The position numbers and the translations under genes were made by a program. From positions 558,001 through 622,000 of the forward strand of contig OZ025673.1 of NCBI GenBank assembly GCA_964019335.1: a DNA stretch of 64,000 bases, written 5' to 3'. Shown here one piece after another: positions 12,466 through 21,310 of this stretch (within the stretch, counting starts at the first letter, position 1; every line of letters begins with the position of its first letter). Source of the DNA: Diplonema japonicum (taxonomy: Eukaryota > Protista > Euglenozoa: Diplonemea). The notes under the pieces are model-generated. The model saw only the letters and a program-made list of their open reading frames with translations. It searched no databases and had not been told where the DNA came from.

Positions 12466-13052
12466 TTTTTTTTTCTTTTTAATCCTCCCGCTCTTTTTTT
12501 TTTTTTTTTTTTAGAATGGTGGGAGCGGGCGGGGACTTGAGGACAGCCTCCAATAGAGAATACAAGATGTTTCAAGTATACTTTCACGTGTATCATGTTT
12601 TTTTTTTTTTTTTTCTTTGAGAAGTTCATTCGTTTTTTTTTTTTTTCCCCGCTTTCTTTTGTTGTTGTTGTTTACTATTATTTCATTTTTGTTTGTGCAC
12701 AGCCGGGGGGTTAACCTGTAGAAGGATATGCCCAACAATGCTACCACTACTCTTTTTAGCAATAACAATTCATTATCAATATATTGTTTTTCTTGTTTAA
12801 GCAAAAAAAAAAAAAAAAAAGGTTTTTCCCATCCTCACACATTTCTTGACTGAAAACACAGTTTTTTGGACTTTGTTTAGCCCTTATGCGCCTAGGGAGG
12901 GGAATTGATTTTTAGAATTTCCGCAAACTGAAACAGTTGGGCGCATATGGGTTCAAAAGAAAAAAGAAAAAAAAAACCCCCTGAGCTTCCCCCCCTCTAA
13001 AGGCCAGTAACGATGAAGCGAAAAGAAATTTGAAGGCACGGGGAACAAATAT

Positions 13053-13083
<31 letters not shown>

Positions 13084-13244
13084 TAGGATTGGGCAAAATA
13101 AATTAATAAAAACAGATCAGGAAAAAAAAAAAAAGAGAAGGAAAAAAAAAAACAAAAAAAAACACAAAATAGAAGTGTTCAGGTCATAATAAACAAATAA
13201 AAAAAAAGAAGAAAAACCCCTCCCAACTGAATGAGGCGAGTAGA

Positions 13245-15125
13245 CTACGAGTGGACATCATTCCAAAGCTTGCCGAAGGTGCCTGGTCCGTGTGGAGGTT
13301 GGGTTTTCATGACGGTCAATTGGCGCTGGAGCTTCTCCAGGTCCGCGGCGACTCTTTGGTGTTGCTCAGCGAGAGTCAGCTGAGGGCTTTTCACAGGAGC
13401 GTCAAACATGGCAAGGATGTCAAAGTTCTTCCCTGTTACAGGAGCTACAACAGGAGGAGGGGCGGGCTGCACCTCCCTTGGAGCTGAATTGAAAACGGCA
13501 TCGAAGTCCTGCTCGATAATGCTATTGTTCGCAAGTGGCGTCGGTGAGGGTGTCACAGGAGTTGAAGAGTTCACGAAAGCAAAAGCAGCTCCACACGAGC
13601 TTGCATCAGGACTTGGAGTGGGGGAGGCCTTTGCCACAGAAGAGGTAGCCGCGCTCCCGGGTGGTGACTCGTTCACAAACGCAAACCCTTCCTCAACAGC
13701 TGCAACCGGTGTTGGAGCAGGTGAGGGTGAGGGTGAAGGTGAAGCACTGTGCTTCCTGTCCCGCGTTCTCCGTTTAGCTACTGTCTTCTCCCCGACAGGC
13801 GTCTTCAGGAAGTCTTCTATCGCTTCTGACGAGTCCACAGTGAACACATCATGCACGAGCTGTCGCTCGCGTGTCTTTTCCACCGAAGGTGGAGGTGGCA
13901 GGTTGGGCGTTGTGAACACATCGGGTACCTCTGCAGGTTGCTGCACCGCATCCTTTTTGCTCGTGGGCACATCATCTACATTGACGCCCCCCACAACCCC
14001 TGCTACTATTGGTACGTGGTGTTCCGGGTCCCTTATCACAACCACAAACGGCCTGTCGCATCGCATCTCAAAGCGCTTCCCGCCTAGCGACAGCTCCTGC
14101 TCCTCGCCGCCCTCGGCATCTTCCGCATTGACACCTTCCTCTGTTAATCTTATCTCGCAACCGCATGTTATGTTCTTCTTGAGGTGGTCGCACCCGCACC
14201 CTCTCAGAACATCGCCAAGGTCGCCCCAACTTTTTATTTTCGTCCGTGGCACCCACAGATCGCCGTACACCTTCTTGAAGGCATCGCCCTGCATCCCATC
14301 CCATCCCTTTGCCGCGAATTCCTGCAGCACATCAGTCATCGTCTTCACCATATCAGCACTGTTCTTTGGGAGGATAAGTAGGGTGTCCAGCCCCGCTGTC
14401 GTCTTTAGCGACACCGCCTGGTAGTGGTCTGTAGTGCAGTAGGCAAAGACGCCTCTCCCGTGCATGAGAAGCGCTGTGGTAGGTGCCTTCCCTGCCCTGT
14501 AAAAGGGCTGTTTAGAAGTCAGTTCGGAGGGGAACTGCAGCGACCATGAGGCGCTAAGAGTGCACGTCTGCTGGAAGTCACCTGAGCTCTCGGTAAGATC
14601 AAAAGTGGTCCCGTACTTGGTCTTCAGCATGTCGTGGTAACCAGCAAAAGCTTTCTTTGCTTTTTCTATGCCACCCAGACGAAGCGCCCCTGTGCGTGCC
14701 TTGATCTCCTGGAAAGCTTCTTCGTCTTCAGTGCCCGAGACTTCAAGCAACGTCAGTAACGTGCCCAGTGCCGCCACACTAGTGGCCTGTGTCGCATCAT
14801 TCACCAGCCTCTCCCGCAGCCCGTTGATCAGCATGTCCCAGCATAATCTGCGCACTACGAGGCTCACTTTTTGATGCTGCTGATCCATTTGGCTTGGTTG
14901 CGTCCCACCCTCCATGCTGCGCAGGCCAGCATTGATGAACCTGTCACTGCGCTCCTGCAAATCAGCAAGTTCTACTCGCTCTGCAGATGTGAGGTCTCCT
15001 TTCTTGCTCTTCCCAAGCAGTTCACGCAGCCTGTTATCCTCAGGGCGTGTCCACGGGGGGCACCATGTCCGCCCTGACACCGACATGGCTTTCACATCGT
15101 CCATATTTCCATAGCCCACCGCCAT
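13245..15125 (-). CDS. Divergent serpin-domain protein with low-complexity C-terminal tail
   Basis: Start MAVGYG at 15125, just after a CACAG acceptor. Serpin-like motifs SASWSLQFPSELTSKQPFY, LLMH, LLILP, LWVPRTKI, IRLTEEG and MRCDRPFVVVIRD...IVAGVV. Confidence 0.7.
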   Translation of the reverse strand: MAVGYGNMDDVKAMSVSGRTWCPPWTRPEDNRLRELLGKSKKGDLTSAERVELADLQERSDRFINAGLRSMEGGTQPSQMDQQHQKVSLVVRRLCWDMLINGLRERLVNDATQATSVAALGTLLTLLEVSGTEDEEAFQEIKARTGALRLGGIEKAKKAFAGYHDMLKTKYGTTFDLTESSGDFQQTCTLSASWSLQFPSELTSKQPFYRAGKAPTTALLMHGRGVFAYCTTDHYQAVSLKTTAGLDTLLILPKNSADMVKTMTDVLQEFAAKGWDGMQGDAFKKVYGDLWVPRTKIKSWGDLGDVLRGCGCDHLKKNITCGCEIRLTEEGVNAEDAEGGEEQELSLGGKRFEMRCDRPFVVVIRDPEHHVPIVAGVVGGVNVDDVPTSKKDAVQQPAEVPDVFTTPNLPPPPSVEKTRERQLVHDVFTVDSSEAIEDFLKTPVGEKTVAKRRTRDRKHSASPSPSPSPAPTPVAAVEEGFAFVNESPPGSAATSSVAKASPTPSPDASSCGAAFAFVNSSTPVTPSPTPLANNSIIEQDFDAVFNSAPREVQPAPPPVVAPVTGKNFDILAMFDAPVKSPQLTLAEQHQRVAADLEKLQRQLTVMKTQPPHGPGTFGKLWNDVHS

Positions 15126-15166
15126 GGCTGTGGTGTGATATGTGCCGTGAAGGTTAAATAAATGAA

Positions 15167-16033
15167 TTAAACAGCATGCCCCGCAGCTTCGACAAAAGCG
15201 GCCCACTCTGGGATGCCGTCGAGGCGCACACCATGCTTGCTGCAAACATCGGTTAGCATTGGGTAAAGTGACGCGAATGCCTTTTTAAGGTGTAACTGTT
15301 TTTCGGACACGTCGTTCAACTGCCGCTTCTGCTCCGCCAAGGCGGCGAGCTCCTTGCGACGTGTGGTTTCCAGACGGGCCCACTCTGTTAAGAGCAGTGC
15401 CTCCTGATCTGCGATGTCCTTCATGCGCAGGGTGACAAGGTCTGACCAGTCCTGCTGGCCCATCAAGAGCTCCCGTTCGTGCTCGTCGTTCACAAACTGG
15501 TCGTGCATGTGCTGCATGAGCGCGTCGTGCTTGTCAGCAGCGTCCTGCCGCTCCTTCATGCGCCCTTTGGCACGTTCTTCCATTTCTGCTTTGGACACGA
15601 CTGCGTCCATGCGTCTAGCAGTCCTGCCCTTGCTTCTGGCGATTTCTTCTTCATAAGCATCTCGGCTTTCCTCTATTTTCTGCCGTCGCTTCCAAAGCTT
15701 TTCTATCCTGTCTCGCTCCTCGTCCTCATTGGTGGTGTGCTGGAAGTCATCCAGTTTCCTAGCCTTCGTGATGTACTCCACCTGCAGGGCCCTTTCTGTG
15801 TCCAGCATTTGCTTCCCGATCTCATTGAACCTGCGCTCCTCCTCTGTCTCTGTGCACGCCCGCATCTTCTTCTTCATTTCCGCTTCCTTTTGCATCCTCA
15901 ACAAGACCAGCCTCCCGTAGTTCCTGTCATGGTCCTCTTGGGTGATGAGCCCCACGTCCATGTCGTGACGCACTGTTTCAAGTGCCTCGACGGCGATTTG
16001 CTCCTCGAGCTCGACAGAGCTTAGCACTTCCAT
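15167..16033 (-). CDS. Hypothetical coiled-coil protein
   Basis: 288-aa E/R/K-rich helical ORF starting MEVLSS; own stop at 15167. Confidence 0.68.
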   Translation of the reverse strand: MEVLSSVELEEQIAVEALETVRHDMDVGLITQEDHDRNYGRLVLLRMQKEAEMKKKMRACTETEEERRFNEIGKQMLDTERALQVEYITKARKLDDFQHTTNEDEERDRIEKLWKRRQKIEESRDAYEEEIARSKGRTARRMDAVVSKAEMEERAKGRMKERQDAADKHDALMQHMHDQFVNDEHERELLMGQQDWSDLVTLRMKDIADQEALLLTEWARLETTRRKELAALAEQKRQLNDVSEKQLHLKKAFASLYPMLTDVCSKHGVRLDGIPEWAAFVEAAGHAV

Positions 16034-16213
16034 GTTCAAGAGTCCTGCATGTTGTGGGCGTGGGACATATAAAACCAAAGGGGTACTATGACCACTAAAA
16101 GGGTTGGGTGGGAAGTGTGAAATAATAAAAAATGGGATATCTGGCATCAGCCGCACATCTGGGGTGGAATGGGGTGATGGAACACTTGATGTGGATAGTC
16201 GGAAGCTGTCTGC

Positions 16214-16658
16214 TTAGAACTCCTCTTCTTCTTCCTATTTGTTCAAAAGGGGGTTTTTTTTTTTGTTTTGTTAAGCCACAAAGCTTCCGTGTCCATACCT
16301 TCGAGGAGCTGCCAGTGTCAAGCGAGATAAGCTTGCTGTCCAATTCCGAGTGTGCGCTGTCGCTTTTCTCCGCGACCAGCTTTTCCCTCATCCTACCGCT
16401 GTAGTCGAGAAGACGCATTTTGTCTGGAAAGAGTGTGTTTTTTTTTTTTTTTTCCCTTCGTTCTTCCTTCCATACCGAGTTCCCCCGCGAAAACAAGAGG
16501 AATGGACAGCACAAGCACCGTGGTGCTGAGCACCCACACATGGGGCTCAGCCCATTTTTTCAGTCTCCTTTTTATTTTATTTTTCCCCCCTCGGTTACAT
16601 ACCAACAGCGATCAGCAACGAGGTTCACCACTCCACCAATTAATTCAATCACTGACAT
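16214..16658 (-). CDS. TOM22: Tom22/ATOM14-like mitochondrial outer-membrane import receptor, 97 aa, 4 exons
   Basis: Exons 16658-16603, 16567-16476, 16423-16299 and 16234-16214 give MSVIELIGGVVNLVADRCWRLKKWAEPHVWVLSTTVLVLSIPLVFAGELDKMR...SSSKEEEEEF*. The TM segment WxxSTTxxxxxxPLxF..E matches the Tom22 signature. All three introns are GTATG...AG. Confidence 0.7.
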
Positions 16659-16760
16659 ATTTTTTTCCCGATAAATTTTCACCCCCCTTTTCTTTTTGTT
16701 TCGTTCGAGTTTGTAAGAAAAACCTTCCGTTCCTCAAAAATAAATAAATAGATCGATGAC

Positions 16761-17517
16761 CTACAGCCAAGACGGCTTGTTTTGCCGGGTTGTGACGCTG
16801 CGCATCTTCTCCTCTTGGTTTTCGAGCTTTCTCTTCCTGATTTTCTCTTCCTTATAAAGAAGGTAAATGTCTTGCCTGTAACAAAGGGAAAAAAAAGATT
16901 TTAGACCAAAGAAAAAAAAAAAAGAGGAAAAAAAAAACGCGTTCACACCTTTGTATATTTGACTCACCGAAATGCGGGTTTTTTTTCTGGTACGAGTAGC
17001 GCTCCTTTGCGGTAGGATCGCTGACAGCCTTTTGCTTTTGTGATTCGATGGTCCGAACCACGTCCGGGTCAAGATCAGCAAATTCCTTACTACTAGAAGG
17101 GGCGTGGTTGTGCACCTTTAGTGCCTTCTCGTCCTTGAAGAGGTCGCCGTGCCCAAGGAGCACCCGCTGCTCAGGTGTCAGTTTCGCAAGCCTCTTCATT
17201 TCTTTCTTGCTCAATTTCGGCTTTTCCTTCTTTTCCTTTTCGTCCGCCTTCAGACAGTCATTAACCCGCACAAACCCTGCACTCACCGCCTTCAATGCCT
17301 CTTCAGTCACTTCTACCTCTTCTTTTTCCTCCTTCTTCACCACTGGTTTCTCAGTGTCTTTGTAATACCCTAAACCCTGTTTTTTTTTTTTTTTTTTTTT
17401 CCCTTCCATTTTTTTAATTTTCCATACCTGTGCACCCGTCCCGAAATACCACCCTTCCTTGCTTCCCGTCCATTGTTCCTGGGCCTCAAACGAGGTTGTC
17501 TGTTCTTCCTCTGCCAT
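16761..17517 (-). CDS. Hypothetical K/E-rich protein with N-terminal GWYFGTGAQGLGYY motif, 3 exons
   Basis: Introns 17377-17427 (A-rich, in frame) and 16876-16948 (T-rich) give a continuous frame ending NKPSWL*. Confidence 0.7.
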
Positions 17518-17731
17518 TTTTTTTTTTCTTCTTTTTTCCTTTTTTTTTTTTTTTATTTTCTTTTTTTTTCCTCTCTCCGATGGGTCAAAAATCCGGTCAA
17601 CTCATCAGCACAGAGCGGAGGGTCGAAGGATGCCATGCAGTCTCAGTTTCGGACATGTATCTCCAAAACAAATAATAATAAAAAGGAAAGGTACATAATA
17701 AAGTAGTTACAAATACAATGAAAGATGTTCC

Positions 17732-19135
17732 CTATAAGGTGACCGCCCTCCTTGAAGCCTTCTTCGAGTACTCCAAAGCGGATATGGCACGGGCTGCTTG
17801 AGAGATTTCGTGCTGGCTGGGGTTGCCTAGCACGGAGATGGAGGTTGCTCTGCAACCCATTGCAAGCATGGGGTCCGGGTTGCACACAGTGAGAGCACGG
17901 AGGGGGAACCAAATATTTGTGCTCTTCGGTGTAGTAAAGAGAAGTCTGGCGGTGGATGTGACGATGTTGACCTCTGCCACCCTTGCGACGCAGCCAGCCT
18001 TGGGGATCACGCTGCCAGCGTCGACACTCATGTCGTAGCACACAGAGCAGTACCGCTGCAGGGCGGCAGGGTCGTCGATAACTTGGACATGTGTCCCAAT
18101 CATGCCTGCGATGGACTGGTAGGCAGATCTGTCGTCGCTCATCACGGAGTCCTCCTTCGACCCCTCCCTCATGTGGAACGACAGGTCGTGCTGCGTGAAG
18201 CACTCTGAGTTCGACACCGACAGCGTCGCGTCGTCGCCCATCACCTTCATCAGCGGGCGCAGCACTTTTTCTAAATCTTGCGGCGCGCCATGCTCGCTCC
18301 TGGCGGGTCTCACCTTCGTGTGCGCCGCCTTGCTCGGGTACTGCATTCCTTCATCTCCCCATTTCTCGACTGCCTCAACAGGCACTATCCGCCTGTGGCG
18401 AATGGACAATGTGCTCAACGGCACGACCTCTGTCCTGTCCGAAAACTTCACCCATGCGCAGTCCCCTGCCACTTCTACTACCACTCCCTCCCCGTGCGGC
18501 CCGTCCACTTCATCACCGTGCTTCATCTTGCTGTACTTCTGTCTGAAACACTGCAACCCCTCTGCATACAGGAGTAAGTGTGAAGCAGCGGTCGCTTGCA
18601 CATCATCAAGTCCACCGGCGAGCCAAGGCCGCTCTTCCAGCAGCTTCTCTACCACGTACTTCGCCTTCTCCTGTGGTGTCGATGCCTCTGTTGCGACACT
18701 GCTCTTGGAAACTAGTGATGGGTGCGATGGAAGATCGTCCGAGACAATGTCTTCAAGCTCCGCCAGATCCAAGCCCAAGGCCGCAGCGATGGGCTCAAGC
18801 ATTGTGTGCAGCGTGAGAGAGGACGCCACAGGATCATTCTCAGAAGGGACCAGAAGTGACACTGCCCCTGCCCCAAGTACAGCCCCTGCGCCTGGAACAG
18901 CCATCGCAGTGGTGCTCGGCTTGTCGTACACCGCATGCATCTTCTTCGCTAGTTCGCTGCGCGACTTCAGTAGTGCATCTAATGCACTGCGTGCATCACA
19001 GATGTCCCTCGGATCTGTCTGCTTCTCCGAAACAGGCCGCGAAGATGCCCTCACCTCTGACTTCCTGATTCTCGACGGGCTCAGCTCTTCCTTCAGGGCA
19101 CCGTGTAACTCATTATAATTTGGGTGCTCGTGCAT
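17732..19135 (-). CDS. Hypothetical protein with putative SH3-like (Mind-bomb-repeat-like) segments
   Basis: Long intronless ORF, likely start MHEHPNY at 19135. IGTHVQVIDD...GCVARVAEVN...WFPLRALT resembles a Mib SH3-like repeat (weak). Confidence 0.62.
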   Translation of the reverse strand: MHEHPNYNELHGALKEELSPSRIRKSEVRASSRPVSEKQTDPRDICDARSALDALLKSRSELAKKMHAVYDKPSTTAMAVPGAGAVLGAGAVSLLVPSENDPVASSLTLHTMLEPIAAALGLDLAELEDIVSDDLPSHPSLVSKSSVATEASTPQEKAKYVVEKLLEERPWLAGGLDDVQATAASHLLLYAEGLQCFRQKYSKMKHGDEVDGPHGEGVVVEVAGDCAWVKFSDRTEVVPLSTLSIRHRRIVPVEAVEKWGDEGMQYPSKAAHTKVRPARSEHGAPQDLEKVLRPLMKVMGDDATLSVSNSECFTQHDLSFHMREGSKEDSVMSDDRSAYQSIAGMIGTHVQVIDDPAALQRYCSVCYDMSVDAGSVIPKAGCVARVAEVNIVTSTARLLFTTPKSTNIWFPLRALTVCNPDPMLAMGCRATSISVLGNPSQHEISQAARAISALEYSKKASRRAVTL

Positions 19136-19276
19136 ATCCTTTCTGGAGTTCACAACAGCACGACAACTAAATAAAAGAACAACAACAAATACAATAGGTC
19201 TATACAAAATGGCTGCAGCTTGCGCGCCTTGTGTAACAAAGATCACAGCGGTACTGCAGCAGTCTACCGTGCCACG

Positions 19277-21216
19277 TCACGCTCGCTTCCTGGAGTTTGT
19301 TCTCGGAGTCCTGGCAGGTGTGGTAACCTTCTTTGCTGCCTTCCTGGCGCGTTGGTCCTGCACAGTCTGCTCTTTGAGGTGTTCCATCTCGGCGAAAAAG
19401 ATTCTTTCTCTGTCTTCCTTCTTGAAGGGAAAAGTGGGCGTGTTACTATCTTTGGAGGGTGTGTGTCTGAATCGGTTCTTGTGAGGCACTTTTGGCGCAG
19501 TTGCATCCGACGTGAGTGACTTGTGCCTGTTATGATATATCGTTGCTTAATCCTTGCCCATACCTGCTGAGCTCTTGCGGACTGTCAAATGACATGGACC
19601 GGTTTACAGCGCTCTTAGGGTCTAGTGTCCCAGTAGAGTCCATCTGCACCAACAACTGTTGCGGTGGTGGCGTCGAAAAGTTAAGCGGCACAGCCTGTCA
19701 TGTCATATTGTAAACACTAAGCACATACCACATGCTGCCTTCTTGTAGGCGACACTCTAGGCGACTGCGGTGCGGAGTTCATTGTTGTGGCTGGGAGTGG
19801 TGCGGGCTGCGCTGGCGTTGCATTCCCAAGATTCTGCATCAGTTGTGTCCTGTGTGTGTTGATAGGACAAAACTAAGCATACCTCAGCATATCGATCTCG
19901 TGTGCTGAGAACTGTGCATCGGCTTGCAGCTTGCTATTTTCTTTTTTCAGTACATCAAGCTGCTGATTCACATGTGACCACGGTGCAGGGATGTTTTCCA
20001 CTTCTTTGAGGAGCGGGTAGAGCTTGCGCTCGTCGGAAAACCTCTCGAGTGTCTCACGGGCAACAACGAGTTCCTCGGAGAGCAGCTTGGTGCGCTCCTT
20101 CTCCTCCGAGAATAACCTGCCTAAGCTCGTTGCCTCTTGCTCGTGGGTCAGGTGCTTGGCCTGAAGTTCGTCCCTCAACGCTTCACGCTCTTGAATAGTG
20201 CCTTGCAGCTCGTCCCGCAGCCTAGCTGCTGCTGTGCTTGTTTCTTGGAGCTGTTGTATAATCGAACGTTGCACGTCGTGCTCTGCCTGCGCCCTCAGTG
20301 CAGGCAAGAGCCTCGCCTCTATGACAGGCGTGAGAGAGTGCTCTATCTCAACTTGCATTTTCTCCCTTGCCTTGTCCACCTCCATTTTCATCGTTGTGCA
20401 CATTTCTTCGAACTTTGCCTGCAGCTCCCCTTGCACCCGCAGCGTGATGTTGTGGGTCAGCTCCCTCTCCATTGTGATTCTCATGTGCGGTTCGAGTTCA
20501 TTTTCAATCTCCTTCCGCAGCTTCGCTTCGAGTGCTTGGGTTATTCTCCGTCTGGCTTCTTCCGTGGACAGGGACCTTCGCTTCAAGTCATCGTCGGCCT
20601 TCATCAGTTCTTCTTGGTGCTCGCTTTCTGCGAGCCTGAGTCGTGTCTCGCGTTCTTCGAGCTGCACCTTCATGGAGTCAAGCATCTGTTGTTGTTCCTT
20701 CTTCCTTTTGGTCCATTCTTCTTCTTGCTCTTCGATCTCTTTGAGGACATCAGTCTTCATCTTCACTGCTTCCACTTCTGTGGTATGCAACCTTTTGTTC
20801 CTCTCTGACTCGAGCTGCTCTTGTTCTGCGCGGACTCTTTTCTCGGTTTCAAGCAGCCGTTCTTCAGCCTGCTGGAATATTACATTTGCCGGTACGAACT
20901 TAGGAGGCGATGTCGTTGGGGCAGGTGGGGGTATTGCGGGTATTGCAGTCACTGCAATGTTGGCTGTTGGTGCCGGCCCGCCTAAGTTCAAGGGTCTCTG
21001 TTCTGGTTGTGTGTGGCTTGCCCAAGCTTGGAACTCCAGCTCTGCCTGCAGGCGAGCCTCAGAAGCTGTCATTGCCGCTGAGGGCTGCGCGGTTGACGGG
21101 AGCGGTGAAGGCATGGGGACGGAGGGCATGGGAACATTTACTGGCCCTGCTGACACCCTGCTGGGTGATATGACATTAGACGCAGAAGTAGATAAAGAGG
21201 CAAGCGAGGAGTCCAT
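19277..21216 (-). CDS. Hypothetical coiled-coil protein, 4 exons
   Basis: Pro-rich N-terminus and long heptad region. Introns 19850-19882, 19695-19728 and 19527-19563 extend the frame to RTNSRKRA*. Confidence 0.7.
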
Positions 21217-21310
21217 GCTTCCTGGTAGTAATTAAGTAAAGCTACGACAAACAAAAGGAAGAATAAAAAGAAACACAATTACGCCATCTATCTATAATAA
21301 CAACTTAAAT

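Noticed and set aside
13245-16156. Possible fusion of the coiled-coil ORF and the serpin ORF (overlapping in the track)
   Set aside because: The upstream gene has its own TAA at 15167 and I found no suitable donor; the CACAG before the ATG at 15125 is better explained as a trans-splice acceptor.
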